A stretch of DNA of 64,000 bases from Candidatus Lustribacter sp. (GCA_965277805.1 OZ255842.1:4448001-4512000); one strand, 5' to 3'. Positions 19,335 through 29,599 are shown, counted from the stretch's first letter. Numbers and translations are program-made. The notes: generated by a model not told the origin, from the letters alone.

Positions 19335-19499
19335 TTACGGTTCGATGCGTCCGCGGTTATTGATGAAGACGTACCACAGAATCAAGAGTGCCAGCAGCGT
19401 CCCGAAGCCGTAACCGAACAGGTTCTGCATCGCCGGAACGAACAATTCGAACACGACGTAGAGGACGATGATCAGGAGAAGCAGGTAGCGCAAGCTCAT
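19335..19499 (-). CDS. Small 54-aa two-TM membrane protein (not in ORF track)
   Basis: RBS AGAAGGA then MSLRYLLLLIIVLYVVFELFVPAMQNLFGYGFGTLLALLILWYVFINNRGRIEP*; fills an otherwise empty gap. Confidence 0.7.
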   Translation of the reverse strand: MSLRYLLLLIIVLYVVFELFVPAMQNLFGYGFGTLLALLILWYVFINNRGRIEP

Positions 19500-19543
19500 G
19501 TTGTCCTTCTACCAAAAAGGCAGGCGGCTGAAACCCGAGGCCG

Positions 19544-19960
19544 ATGACTAACGTCCTTCGCGCGGTCGTGGCGCTCTTGTGCTGCCTCGGATTCCTCGCG
19601 GCCCAGCAGATGTACAAGAAGAGCCTAAGGGCCGAACGCGGCGAGCTCGATGAACCGAGCATCGTCGAAGAATCGCATGCTCGGCTTTTTTTCGGTCAAC
19701 CGAACGCGCTCTTCGGCTGCTTTTACTTTCCGCTGCTGCTGCTCGGAGTCGTGCTTTATGGCCGGTTGGAGCCGCGCGGGGCAGCGGCTGCACTCGCAAC
19801 GCGCTGGCTCGTCCTCGCGGCGCTCGCGGTGGCGACGGGGACGTCGATTTTCTTGGCTTATAGCCTCGCCTTTATCACGAAACGCGAATGCCCATATTGC
19901 TGGACCAGCCATCTCGTTAACTTCGTGTTGCTTCTTACCGTGCCGTGGACAATGTTTTGA
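19544..19960 (+). CDS. Vitamin K epoxide reductase (VKOR) family protein
   Basis: ARLFFGQPNALFG and CPYCWTSH (CxxC) motifs; about 4 TM helices. Confidence 0.85.
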   Translation: MTNVLRAVVALLCCLGFLAAQQMYKKSLRAERGELDEPSIVEESHARLFFGQPNALFGCFYFPLLLLGVVLYGRLEPRGAAAALATRWLVLAALAVATGTSIFLAYSLAFITKRECPYCWTSHLVNFVLLLTVPWTMF

Positions 19961-20177
19961 ACGCACCCATCATGCAGACGTGCTTCGTCCAAACCGCGCT
20001 TTCCAGTCCCGTGCCGTCAATCGGAGAATCACGACCGGCTTCAGAAACAACGATCGGCGCGATCGATAAGCGCGGCGTGCGAATCTGTATCGAGTTCGTC
20101 ATCGGGCCGGTCCGGTTGCGGGCACTTTTGTTTCTGTAGCCAAGCCAGGGACATCCCCTTCTGACGCGGAGGACGCG

Positions 20178-20951
20178 ATGATCGACTTGAGTGGTAAGAC
20201 CGCACTCGTGACGGGCGTTGGTCCGAATATCGGGCAGCAGATTGCGAAGACGCTGGCACTCGGCGGAGCGGCCGTCGCCTGTAACGATCTGCACGAGAAA
20301 CAAGCCCGCGCAGTTGCTGCGGAGATCGCCGCGGCCGGCGGAAAAGCGATCGCGGTACCCGGCGACGTAACGAATGCGGTTGACGTGGAACGCATGCTTA
20401 ACGCGGCCGAAGGCGCGTTTGGGCTCGTCGATGTCCTGGTGAACAACGCATTTTTCCTCACCCGCGAGGCCCGCCTCACGACGATCACGGTCGATGCCTG
20501 GCACCGGACGATCGAGACGATCCTGACCGGCACGTTCCTCACGAGCCGGGCGTTCGTGCAGCGTCTGCTCGCCGCCAAGAAGCCCGGCGCCATCGTGAAT
20601 CTTGGATCGACGTCGGGACACCGCGGGCGGGCCAACGCCATCGCGTACTCGACGGCCAAGGGCGGCATTTTGAACATGACGCGCTCGATGGCGGTCGAAC
20701 TCGCACCCTACGGGATCCGCGTGAACTCGGCGTCGCCGACGCGCACGCTAAGCGGAGAGCTGCCTCCCGGCGACCATTCGAGTCCGGACAACGTGCCACT
20801 CGGGCGGTTGGGCAAACCTGAAGACATCGCCGAAGCGATCGCGTTCCTCGTCTCCGATCACGCGCGCTTCATAACCGGTGAAGACCTGCGCGTCGACGGT
20901 GGCACGCAAGCGACATGGGGAAGCCTCATGCCCGCCGAGGCGCAGTCGTGA
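20178..20951 (+). CDS. SDR family oxidoreductase
   Basis: TGVGPNIG, VNNA and YSTAK motifs. Confidence 0.9.
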   Translation: MIDLSGKTALVTGVGPNIGQQIAKTLALGGAAVACNDLHEKQARAVAAEIAAAGGKAIAVPGDVTNAVDVERMLNAAEGAFGLVDVLVNNAFFLTREARLTTITVDAWHRTIETILTGTFLTSRAFVQRLLAAKKPGAIVNLGSTSGHRGRANAIAYSTAKGGILNMTRSMAVELAPYGIRVNSASPTRTLSGELPPGDHSSPDNVPLGRLGKPEDIAEAIAFLVSDHARFITGEDLRVDGGTQATWGSLMPAEAQS

Positions 20952-21874
20952 TCGGCATGTCGCGCGCCGTGTTCACCGCCGGCGCCGGTGCGGCGCTGTG
21001 GATGGCCGGCGTGCAACGCGGCTCGGCCATAGGGCAAATTCGAGCCGGCGTGAGTTCCGAAGACGGCTACGAAGCGTGGTATGCCCTCGAAACCGGGCTG
21101 TTCTCCAAAGCCGGGCTCGACGTCCAGAGTCAGATGGTCCAGAACGGGCCGGCCGCCGCGGCCGCAATCATCGGCGGCTCACTCGAAATTGCTGCGGGCA
21201 ATATCGTTTCCGTTGCGCAAGCGCACGATCGCGGACTGCCGGTCGTCCTGCTCGCGCCGTCGGTGCTTTACGTCGGTGCCGCCGCGAACAACGCGCTTGT
21301 CGTGTTACGCGACAGCCCGATTCGCACGGCAAAGGATCTTGAGGGCAAGCCGATCGGATCGTTCAGCCTGCAAGGCATCCTCGGGCTAGCGACGTCGGCA
21401 TGGATTGACAAAAACGGCGGAGACTCGAAGCGCGTGCAGTTCATCGAAATCGCCGCGGCGCAAACGGTAGCGGCCCTGCAGCGCGGCACGATCGCGGCCG
21501 GGATCATGATCGACCCCTTTCTCACGACAGCCGGCGATCAGGTTCGCATCATAGCGCGGCCGGAAGATGCGCTTGGGTCACGGCTGATTTCGACCGGCTG
21601 GTTTACGACCAGCGACTGGGCCAATCAGAACGCCGTCGCTGCGCGTGCCTTTGCAGCGGCGATGGCCGACGCGGCCCGGTGGGCCAACGATCCGAAGAAT
21701 CGCTCGCAAGCCACCGACATTGTCGCCAAGTACCTCGGGCGCCGCGTGGACCTCGGCAAGCAATTCTACGCGCTATCGTTTGACAGCGACCCGGCGCAGC
21801 CGATCCTCGATGCCGCCTATCACTACAAGTTCATCAACCATCCGGTGACGGTCGAGCAGCTGGTCTGGCGCTAA
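20948..21874 (+). CDS. NitT/TauT-family ABC substrate-binding protein
   Basis: FSKAGLDV and AKDLEGK motifs. GTGA overlap with the SDR gene; alternative ATG at 20957. Confidence 0.85.
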   Translation: MIGMSRAVFTAGAGAALWMAGVQRGSAIGQIRAGVSSEDGYEAWYALETGLFSKAGLDVQSQMVQNGPAAAAAIIGGSLEIAAGNIVSVAQAHDRGLPVVLLAPSVLYVGAAANNALVVLRDSPIRTAKDLEGKPIGSFSLQGILGLATSAWIDKNGGDSKRVQFIEIAAAQTVAALQRGTIAAGIMIDPFLTTAGDQVRIIARPEDALGSRLISTGWFTTSDWANQNAVAARAFAAAMADAARWANDPKNRSQATDIVAKYLGRRVDLGKQFYALSFDSDPAQPILDAAYHYKFINHPVTVEQLVWR

Positions 21875-22173
21875 GCCAGGAACGACAGAAGCTCATCGCA
21901 CACGTCGTCGTAGGACCGCGCAGTCGTACTGAATTCTCGGTAGTCAATGCTGCCGGCCGTTCGCAGCCTTGCGTAGAAGCTGATGAGGTCGTTTTGCCAT
22001 CGAGAGTAATGCGATTCTACGGCATTTTCATCGCCGATTGAGTTGAGATAACGGTTCCACTCCTCGTTCCGGCGACCACGGGTATCGGCAATACGAGCCG
22101 GAAAGCTCGAGCACTCGCTCAGTATAGTGCTCGCCCAGCACGAGTTTCGTGCAACTCGGCCGCTGAATGGCAA
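21871..22173 (-). CDS. Hypothetical protein or gene remnant
   Basis: C-terminal half looks protein-like, but there is no clear start or RBS. Confidence 0.3.
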   Translation of the reverse strand: MPFSGRVARNSCWASTILSECSSFPARIADTRGRRNEEWNRYLNSIGDENAVESHYSRWQNDLISFYARLRTAGSIDYREFSTTARSYDDVCDELLSFLA

Positions 22174-22204
22174 GGGCCTTCGACGATCAGGCCGCGCATC
22201 GGCT

Positions 22205-22960
22205 CTAGCGCGACGCGGTCGTCGACCGTTTTATAAACTGAGAGAAATCATTGGCCGGCATTGGGCGTGCGTAGAGATACCCTTGGCCGAGTTCGCAGCC
22301 GAGCGCGCGTAGCGCCGCCGCCTGTTCTTCCGTCTCGATGCCCTCGGCCATCGTCGCAAAGGAGAAGGCGCGCGCGATCGATAGAAGCACTTCGACGAGG
22401 GACTTGTCTTGTCTGTCGTGCGGCAGGCCGCTAACAAACACGCGATCGATCTTGAGCACGTCGATCGGCAAGTGCTTGAGATGCTGAAGTGAGGTGTAGC
22501 CGGTGCCGAAGTCGTCGAGCGCGATGAAGAGGCCGGCTTTGTGCAACGCGTTCATGATGGTCAACGTCTCGCCGACGTCCTTCATCGCCACGCTCTCGTT
22601 GATCTCGACACCAATGCCCCACAGATCGCCGCCAAGCGCGTTCAAGCGTGTAAGGAGCCGTGGATCCTTGAACTCGGCATCCGACAAATTGAACCAGATG
22701 TGAAAGTCCGGATCAGCGGTGCGCCAGGGACGGGAGAGCCGCGCTGTTTCTTGCATGACCCATGCGCCGATCTCCGTAACGAGACCGACCTCCTCGGCGA
22801 ACGGGATGAAGGCAGCAGGTGCGAGGAGACCCTGATCGGGGTGCTGCCAGCGAATCAACGCTTCCGCACCCTCGACCTTGCCGTTAACGAGGCTAACGTG
22901 AGGTTGGAAATAGAGGACGAATTCATTGCGGTCGAGGGCCGCCAGTAGGGCATCTTTCAC
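22205..22960 (-). CDS. Stand-alone EAL-domain c-di-GMP phosphodiesterase
   Basis: FQP, AEALIRW, DDFGTGY, KIDR, EGIET and QGY motifs. Confidence 0.92.
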   Translation of the reverse strand: MKDALLAALDRNEFVLYFQPHVSLVNGKVEGAEALIRWQHPDQGLLAPAAFIPFAEEVGLVTEIGAWVMQETARLSRPWRTADPDFHIWFNLSDAEFKDPRLLTRLNALGGDLWGIGVEINESVAMKDVGETLTIMNALHKAGLFIALDDFGTGYTSLQHLKHLPIDVLKIDRVFVSGLPHDRQDKSLVEVLLSIARAFSFATMAEGIETEEQAAALRALGCELGQGYLYARPMPANDFSQFIKRSTTASR

Positions 22961-23028
22961 GGGTCGCTTTGCCCTTGGGCGCGGCGGGGTCGATGCCCTT
23001 CGCTTGGGGCCGGGACCGCAGCGGTTGC

Positions 23029-24198
23029 CTACACCGTCATAACTACCTTCTCGCAGTTATCCGCATGTCGCTGAAATTTGTCGTAAGCTGCGGGAGCATC
23101 GTCGAGCGTGCAGCGATGAGTGATGATCGCGCTCGGATCGATGTCGCCCTTCTCGATGCGGTCGAAGAGCGGCCGCAGATATCGGTGCACGTTCGTCTGT
23201 CCCATTTTGAAGGTCAAGCCCTTACCGAATGCCGCACCCATCGGAATTGCGTCGACGAAGCCCGTGTACACTCCGGCGAGTGAGAGCGTTGCGCCTTTGC
23301 CGGCGGCGTGGATCATTTCGCGTAACACGTGCGGCCGGTCGGTCTCGAGTTGCACGGCTTGTTTCACCTGATCGAGGGCGGCCATGGCCGTGATACCGTG
23401 GGCCTCCATTCCCACCGCATCGATGCACGCGTCCGGCCCGCGACCGCCGGTTTGTTCGTGCAAAAATTCGACCACATTGACGGTATCGGGATCAACGGCG
23501 ATCGCGCCGCCAAAACGCGAGGCGAGATCCCGGCGGTAGTCAAAGCGGTCGAAGGCGACGACCTTCTCCGCCCCGAGCATGTAGGCGCTCTTCACGGCAA
23601 ATTGTCCGACGGGTCCGCAGCCCCACACGGCGACGACGTCGCCAGCCTTGATGCCGCACTGCTCGGCGGCTTGATATCCGGTCGGCAATATGTCGCTGAG
23701 GAACAGCACCTTCTCGTCGGAGATGTCACTTTCGATCTTGAATGGTCCGACGTCGGCGAAGGGTACGCGCACGTACTCGGCTTGCCCGCCCGCATATCCG
23801 CCGAACAAATGCGAATACCCGTAAAGTGCCGACGGCGCGTAGCCGTACGCAGCCTCCACCAAGTATGCGTTCGGGTTGCTGTTGTCGCACAGCGACGTGA
23901 AGCCCTTGACGCAGGCTTCGCACGCACCGCAGGCAATCGGAAATGGTACGACCACCCGGTCACCCACTTTAAGTGACGTGACGGCAGAGCCAACCTCCAC
24001 GACGTGCCCCATGAACTCGTGCCCGACAACGTCGCCCTTCTCGAAACCCATCACGCGACCGTTGTAGAAGTGCAAATCCGATCCGCAGATCGCCGTTGAC
24101 GTTACTTTTACGATCGCATCACGAGGATTCAGAATTTCCGGATCCGGGACTGTCCGGACATCGATCTTGTGACGTCCTTGCCATGTCACCGCTTTCAC
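23029..24198 (-). CDS. Zinc-dependent alcohol dehydrogenase (formaldehyde dehydrogenase/YbdR-like)
   Basis: ICGSDLH, GHEFMG, CGACEAC...C and GCGPVG motifs. GTG start overlaps the upstream stop. Confidence 0.9.
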   Translation of the reverse strand: MKAVTWQGRHKIDVRTVPDPEILNPRDAIVKVTSTAICGSDLHFYNGRVMGFEKGDVVGHEFMGHVVEVGSAVTSLKVGDRVVVPFPIACGACEACVKGFTSLCDNSNPNAYLVEAAYGYAPSALYGYSHLFGGYAGGQAEYVRVPFADVGPFKIESDISDEKVLFLSDILPTGYQAAEQCGIKAGDVVAVWGCGPVGQFAVKSAYMLGAEKVVAFDRFDYRRDLASRFGGAIAVDPDTVNVVEFLHEQTGGRGPDACIDAVGMEAHGITAMAALDQVKQAVQLETDRPHVLREMIHAAGKGATLSLAGVYTGFVDAIPMGAAFGKGLTFKMGQTNVHRYLRPLFDRIEKGDIDPSAIITHRCTLDDAPAAYDKFQRHADNCEKVVMTV

Positions 24199-24674
24199 GC
24201 GCGCACCGCTTTCGGAACTTCGCCGGCTTCGGCCAGCGCCTTGAACGCCCGCAACGACTCCATCGCAACTTGCGCTGGTGAGGCGCCGTACAGACGCTGA
24301 AAAGCCGCAACGGCCGGTGCGCCCGGACCCTCGAGATGCACGCTCAGCCGGACCTCCGTTCCGCGATCGGCCGGGGCGGGTGCGAATGTCACCGCACCGC
24401 CGCCGGGATACGGCACGCTGCGGTTGTTCCGCCATTCCAGGCGCTTCGCGGGCGCGTCTTCAATGAGTTGAACGTCGCGATCGCCGCGAAACACGGACGG
24501 CAGCGGCCCGGATGCACGCCAAAGCGCGTCCAACCGTTGTGCGTCGGCGCGGATGGTTACCGTACGCGAAGCTCGCGCGCGGGTGCTTGCCACGTCGGCA
24601 GATTTGCGGTTGAGGGCAACGGCAAGGCCGAGCGCCCCGAGTCCCAGAGCAACGGTGGCGCCTTTATTCATCAT
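24195..24674 (-). CDS. SRPBCC/cyclase-like protein
   Basis: VTFAPAPADRGTEV and LRAFKALAEAGEVP motifs. Confidence 0.8.
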   Translation of the reverse strand: MMNKGATVALGLGALGLAVALNRKSADVASTRARASRTVTIRADAQRLDALWRASGPLPSVFRGDRDVQLIEDAPAKRLEWRNNRSVPYPGGGAVTFAPAPADRGTEVRLSVHLEGPGAPAVAAFQRLYGASPAQVAMESLRAFKALAEAGEVPKAVRA

Positions 24675-25648
24675 GTGGGCATTTCATTCTGTGTGCGTGC
24701 TCGCGTTTGCGTCGCCGCGGTGAGTGGTGATGGGGAAATGACTGAGTGACTATCGGCGCCCCGGCGCGCGCTGCGGCCGATACCGCCCGACGGAGGGAGA
24801 ACCCGCGCGACGAGCGCCAGCAGATCGGTGACGGGTCCTGGAAGCGCGCCGTGGACGAGCTGAACGATGCGTGCCGGCACCGATATGGTCACTTCCGCGG
24901 CGCCTCGTTGCGTCGCATCTACGATTGCCTGTGCTGCTTCGCGCACGTCAACGCTGAGAAACGGCAACGAATCGAGAATGCTGAACCACGCGTATTCCAG
25001 CCGGTTCCGTCCTTTGAACCACGCTTTCTCCGGACTTCCGGTGCGCATGAGTCCGGGAATAACCGTGGTAACGTACACGCCGTCCCGCAGCAGTTCGGCA
25101 CGCAGCCCTTCAGAGAAGCCGACGAGCGCGAACTTGCTCGCGCTGTACGGCAATAGATGTGGAACGCTGACGCGACCGCCGATCGATGCAATGTTGACGA
25201 TCCGGCCGTCACGGCGTGCGCGCATGGCCGGCTTGAGCGTCTCGATCGCGTAGAACGGAGCCCAAAAGTGGGTGTCCATCGCGTCTCGGTAGTCATCCTC
25301 GGTGAATGCGTCGAGCGGGCCGACCGCTATGGTCCCGAGGTTATTAACGAGTACGTCGATGGGGCCGAGCTTTGCTTGCGCAGTCTGCAAAGCGCGTTCA
25401 CTTTCAGCTCGCTGACGCATATCCGCTGCGATCGTGAAGGCCGTGACGCCCGCAGCTGCAAGGTTCGCGCGCGCGCGTTCCAGTTCTGCCGGGTCCCGAG
25501 CGCTTATCGCAATTCGCGCGCCGCGTTGCCCAAAGACGCGGGCAAGTTCCAGGCCGAGCCCGCGCGAGCCGCCGCTGATAAATACCGTGCGATTGCGTAC
25601 GTCGTAATCTCGCCTGAACGCCATGGATGAAACGTACCCAGTTCGCAT
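24671..25648 (-). CDS. SDR family oxidoreductase
   Basis: GGSRGLG and YSASKF motifs. Start may be ATG 25624. Confidence 0.9.
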   Translation of the reverse strand: MRTGYVSSMAFRRDYDVRNRTVFISGGSRGLGLELARVFGQRGARIAISARDPAELERARANLAAAGVTAFTIAADMRQRAESERALQTAQAKLGPIDVLVNNLGTIAVGPLDAFTEDDYRDAMDTHFWAPFYAIETLKPAMRARRDGRIVNIASIGGRVSVPHLLPYSASKFALVGFSEGLRAELLRDGVYVTTVIPGLMRTGSPEKAWFKGRNRLEYAWFSILDSLPFLSVDVREAAQAIVDATQRGAAEVTISVPARIVQLVHGALPGPVTDLLALVARVLPPSGGIGRSARRGADSHSVISPSPLTAATQTRARTQNEMPT

Positions 25649-25746
25649 TGCGGGTACGCAGTCTGTGGCGACGACGCGGCGCGCGCCGCCTTCTTGACTG
25701 CGCTACCGGCGGGCTATCGCTATGTCGTCCTCTCGGAAACCGAAGG

Positions 25747-26136
25747 TCACGCTTCGTCAACTGACCATTCTGGTGCGCGTCCACCATCGCGGTAAATTTG
25801 GTACGCGGGGTGTTCGCTAACGTAGATTGCAACGCGAAGCGGGTCGATTGCGAGATGCTCTGCGCAGAGCGCCGTGAAGGCCCGTCCGAGCGCCTCAACT
25901 GCTTCGGGCGAGCGACCCGCGCGCACGTCGCAGGTCACGACCGTCATTTCTTGCGCCGCATCGCCCGCAGCATCATAGCGAGCCACATCGTCCGGCTCAT
26001 AGAACGAGAATGCGACATTCACGATGCGATGCGTGGTTTGCATATGCTCGCCGTAGGCTTTCGCCAAGCCGGCGCCGAGGGCGCGGCGTACGGCCACTTC
26101 GGGGCGGCGCGATGTGTGCATGGTGACGAATGGCAT
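25747..26136 (-). CDS. Tautomerase/MIF superfamily protein
   Basis: Pro immediately after Met (MPFV); two beta-alpha-beta halves; GRS motif. Confidence 0.75.
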   Translation of the reverse strand: MPFVTMHTSRRPEVAVRRALGAGLAKAYGEHMQTTHRIVNVAFSFYEPDDVARYDAAGDAAQEMTVVTCDVRAGRSPEAVEALGRAFTALCAEHLAIDPLRVAIYVSEHPAYQIYRDGGRAPEWSVDEA

Positions 26137-26233
26137 CAGGGCTGCAAGGGGCTCCTTAACCGGCAGAATAGTAATGATAGCAGAGTGGCAGCCGGTTTAC
26201 CAAAAGCCTGCCGCCCCTAAGGAGACGTTGAAC

Positions 26234-27172
26234 ATGATTGCTCGAGGCCCGTTTCTTGCCGGCTCGGCGGCAGCATTGGGGGCCGCAGCCGGCGGTCGAG
26301 CCTCGGCCCAGACGCGAATCCCGTTGCATCTCGGAGCGGCGGCAAACGACAGCTTTGCCGAGGCGTACTATGCGCAGCAGCTCGGGTACTTCGACCGGGC
26401 CGGCTTCGATGTCGAGATCACGAATTTCGGCGGCGGTGCTCAAGTAACGACGGGCGTGGAATCAGGTGCCATCGACATCGGTATTTCGAGCGTCATCTCG
26501 CTCGCGATCGCAACGGTGCGCGGCTTGCCGTTCGTCTACATCGCCGGGGGCGGGATCTACACGGCCAACAAACCCACGCTCGCCCTTTGCGTCGCGAAGG
26601 ATTCGCCGTTGCACGGTGCCCGCGATCTCGAAGGCAAGACGGTCTCGATCTCGGGCATCAAGGATCTCACGCACCTCAGCGTCTTCGCCTACATGCTCAA
26701 GAGCGGTGCCGATCCGGCAAAGGTTAGTTTTATTGAATTGCCGTTCTCGCAAGTGGCGGCAGCTCTGGCGCGTGGCACAATTGCCGCGGGGATCATCTCC
26801 GAACCGTCGCTCTCAGCTGCGTTCGACGACGTACGTGTCCTAGCGTACGCCGAAAGTTATATCGCCAAGCGCTTGATGGTCGGCGGCTGGTTCTCTACGC
26901 TGGACTGGTTCCAGAAGAACACCGCCACCGCACGCGCGTTTGCTCGCGTGATCTACGATGCGGGGCGCTGGGCCAACGCCAATCAAGACAGATCGCTGCT
27001 GCTCTTACAGAAGTACGCGAAGCTCGAACCAAGCGCGCATCCGATGGCGCGGGCGGTCTTCCTCGAGTCATTGCCGCCGGACATGATCGACCCGACGCTG
27101 GAACTGGCCGGCCGCCTTAAATTCACCGACCGGCGCGTGCGCGCGTCGGAGATGATCGCTCCAGGAATGTAG
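26234..27172 (+). CDS. NitT/TauT-family ABC substrate-binding protein
   Basis: RBS AAGGAG; GYFDRAGFDV and DLEGKTV motifs. Confidence 0.85.
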   Translation: MIARGPFLAGSAAALGAAAGGRASAQTRIPLHLGAAANDSFAEAYYAQQLGYFDRAGFDVEITNFGGGAQVTTGVESGAIDIGISSVISLAIATVRGLPFVYIAGGGIYTANKPTLALCVAKDSPLHGARDLEGKTVSISGIKDLTHLSVFAYMLKSGADPAKVSFIELPFSQVAAALARGTIAAGIISEPSLSAAFDDVRVLAYAESYIAKRLMVGGWFSTLDWFQKNTATARAFARVIYDAGRWANANQDRSLLLLQKYAKLEPSAHPMARAVFLESLPPDMIDPTLELAGRLKFTDRRVRASEMIAPGM

Positions 27173-27202
27173 CGTCAGCTGGAAAAATCGGATTGCGTTC
27201 GG

Positions 27203-28000
27203 CTATGGCGCGGGCTTATAGGCGATCGCCATCAGGTGTGAGCTCGCACCGATAAGCGTAGGCTCGCTCTCGACGCGTCGTAAGAAGTCGAGGATCACCG
27301 AGCGTTGCTGCGGATCGGCCCAACCCGGAATACGTCTGCTGCTCCAAATCGGACCTTCGATGCCCGCAACGGTTCGGACTTCAAACCCGCTTTCGCTGAC
27401 CTCGCTGCGCAGTTCGTCCGGATGATGGAAGAACGTGTGGGGGAAATACTGTGGCGCACCAACGCCGTTGTGGACCCCGTCCTCGAGGTCGCGCGTGACG
27501 ATTGCCTGATAGACCGGATCGGCGATAAAATCACGCTCGATACCATCGATGAGCCCCGCAAACCGGCTGACCGCGGCCGCGAGTAGAACGCCTCCCGCGC
27601 GCAACACGCGCCACGCTTCGCTTAACGCCTGGAGCCGCTCCACGCGTTGAACAAGATGGTAGAGCGGCCCGAGAAGCAGTACCGCATCCGCCGTTGCATC
27701 CCCGAAATCGAGCGTGCGGGCGTCCCCGACGGTACAGCTCGCGAGGCTTTTCTGGATGTCCGCTCGGCGTGCGTGTTCAATGTGGTGTTCCATCGCATCG
27801 ATCAAATGGACGTCATAGCCTTGATCGGCGAGGGGTAAGGCATACACGCCGGTTCCGCCGCCGACGTCGACAATGACCGCGGGACTCGCCGGAAGATACC
27901 GCGCGAGGATATCAAGCGTCCGCGCCCGCTCGACATCAGTTGATCCGCCGTCATCGAGGCGACTGCTTTCGTCGTAAAACTCGCGATAGAAACGTTCCAC
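27203..28000 (-). CDS. Class I SAM-dependent methyltransferase
   Basis: DVGGGTG, GDAR and LLGPLYHL motifs. Confidence 0.88.
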   Translation of the reverse strand: MERFYREFYDESSRLDDGGSTDVERARTLDILARYLPASPAVIVDVGGGTGVYALPLADQGYDVHLIDAMEHHIEHARRADIQKSLASCTVGDARTLDFGDATADAVLLLGPLYHLVQRVERLQALSEAWRVLRAGGVLLAAAVSRFAGLIDGIERDFIADPVYQAIVTRDLEDGVHNGVGAPQYFPHTFFHHPDELRSEVSESGFEVRTVAGIEGPIWSSRRIPGWADPQQRSVILDFLRRVESEPTLIGASSHLMAIAYKPAP

Positions 28001-28599
28001 TAGACGCGTTTCATTCTCTTGGAGAGGAAGTCGTCGTTCAATCCTTTCCCTTTGAGAATCCCCGGCGTGGATTTCTCAATCCTGGATGTCCGCGTTTTCG
28101 ATTGCTTGGGTGCAGAAAAGTAAAAGACGTACGCTCGCTGCCGTCCCGGAGTTAACGCCTCGAACGCTTTTTTCAACGCGGGTATTGCGCCGAATTTCTG
28201 CTGCAGTTCTTCCGGAATCGTGAAATCCGTTTTATATTCTACTTCCAGGCCGGCCTTTTCAACTTTAATGGCTTGCCGAATGTAGTTTTTCAAGACCGGT
28301 TCCATCTTCGCAATTCCACTGAGATCGGTAAAACGGATCTGACGTCCTGACTGCAGCTGACCCGGTCTGACCAGGATGCCCTTGACGTCTTTAAGCAAAG
28401 CACCTTTGAAAAATCCGAGGACGCAGTAGTCCTTAAAGGGCCCGATGATCACGACGTTCTTGCCGTCAACCGTGTAGCACGGCTTCCCCCACTTCAATTC
28501 TTCGGTCAGACCACAGGAGAGAACGATCGTTCTCAATCGTGCCATTTCAGGTTGCCACTTCTTACTCTTCTTGAAAAAGCCATCGACCTTAGGGTTCAT
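28000..28599 (-). CDS. YdeI/OmpD-associated (DUF1801) protein
   Basis: EELKWGKPCY and LTPGRQRAY motifs. Confidence 0.88.
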   Translation of the reverse strand: MNPKVDGFFKKSKKWQPEMARLRTIVLSCGLTEELKWGKPCYTVDGKNVVIIGPFKDYCVLGFFKGALLKDVKGILVRPGQLQSGRQIRFTDLSGIAKMEPVLKNYIRQAIKVEKAGLEVEYKTDFTIPEELQQKFGAIPALKKAFEALTPGRQRAYVFYFSAPKQSKTRTSRIEKSTPGILKGKGLNDDFLSKRMKRV

Positions 28600-28696
28600 G
28601 GGCCGCGGAGTTCGGCGGGCAGCTTGTCATATCCGGGATGCCTTCGGTGCCGAGCCGAAAAAAGAGAGCTGCATAGTATTTGGCTAAGGAGCGCTC

Positions 28697-29599
28697 ATGG
28701 CAGACACGATCAGGCTCTCAAGTGTTGAGGGTGCAGGTAACTGGTGGAAATCGCTGACCTGGGCGGGCGAGGCATTGAAGAACGGCGGACTTCAAGTCGA
28801 GATGACCCGCTATGGAATTGGTGCGAGCGAACCGCTCCTGCGTGTTGCCGCGGGCGATGCCGATCTCGCCTGCACGCTCTCAGTTGCCGCAGCGCAGGCA
28901 GCGAAAGGGCTCGGCTTGCACAAAAACGGTGAGGCGACCTCGATCCGCGGGCTGGCCCACTTGATTCGACCGAACCAGCATTACTACAACATGATTCGGA
29001 CGGATGTCGGCATTCGATCACTTGCGGAGATTGCCGAGAAAAAGCCGAAGCTCGATATGTCGATCGGAGAAAAGGAATACGTTTCCGGCCAGATTCCGGA
29101 AGTCTACATGCGTCACTACGGCGTCGAGCTCTTTCGCGATATCGAAGCGTGGGGCGGAAGTTTCCAAACGTCCCATCCGAACACGATCCCGCTCATCGCG
29201 CAGGGCAAGAGCAACGCACTGATGCGCGAGGACACCGCGGCCGGTCCCGCCGGCGTTGCCGCGCAACTCTTCCCGTTCGTCTTGCTGCCGCTCGACGAGG
29301 ACATCGCCGATCTCATCGCGCGCGATTACTGCGCACCGAAGGTGACGATTCCGGCCGGCACCATACACGGTCAAAAAGAGCCGTGCCTCACGGTGACCAA
29401 CCCCGGCTTCGAGCTCGTCGTAAACAAAGATTTGCCCGACGACGTCGCCTACCGGATGGCGAAGGCGCTCGATCAATCGAGCGTCGAGGCGTTTGCAGCC
29501 CAAGACGTCTTCTACAGCGTGCGCCATGCACCGAAGTCGACCGCCCCGCTCCACCCCGGAGCAGCCCGCTATTATCGCGAACAAGGCGTGCTAAACTAG
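28697..29599 (+). CDS. TAXI-family TRAP solute-receptor-like protein
   Basis: TIPAGT, DLPDDVAY and PLHPGAARYYREQG motifs. Confidence 0.8.
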   Translation: MADTIRLSSVEGAGNWWKSLTWAGEALKNGGLQVEMTRYGIGASEPLLRVAAGDADLACTLSVAAAQAAKGLGLHKNGEATSIRGLAHLIRPNQHYYNMIRTDVGIRSLAEIAEKKPKLDMSIGEKEYVSGQIPEVYMRHYGVELFRDIEAWGGSFQTSHPNTIPLIAQGKSNALMREDTAAGPAGVAAQLFPFVLLPLDEDIADLIARDYCAPKVTIPAGTIHGQKEPCLTVTNPGFELVVNKDLPDDVAYRMAKALDQSSVEAFAAQDVFYSVRHAPKSTAPLHPGAARYYREQGVLN

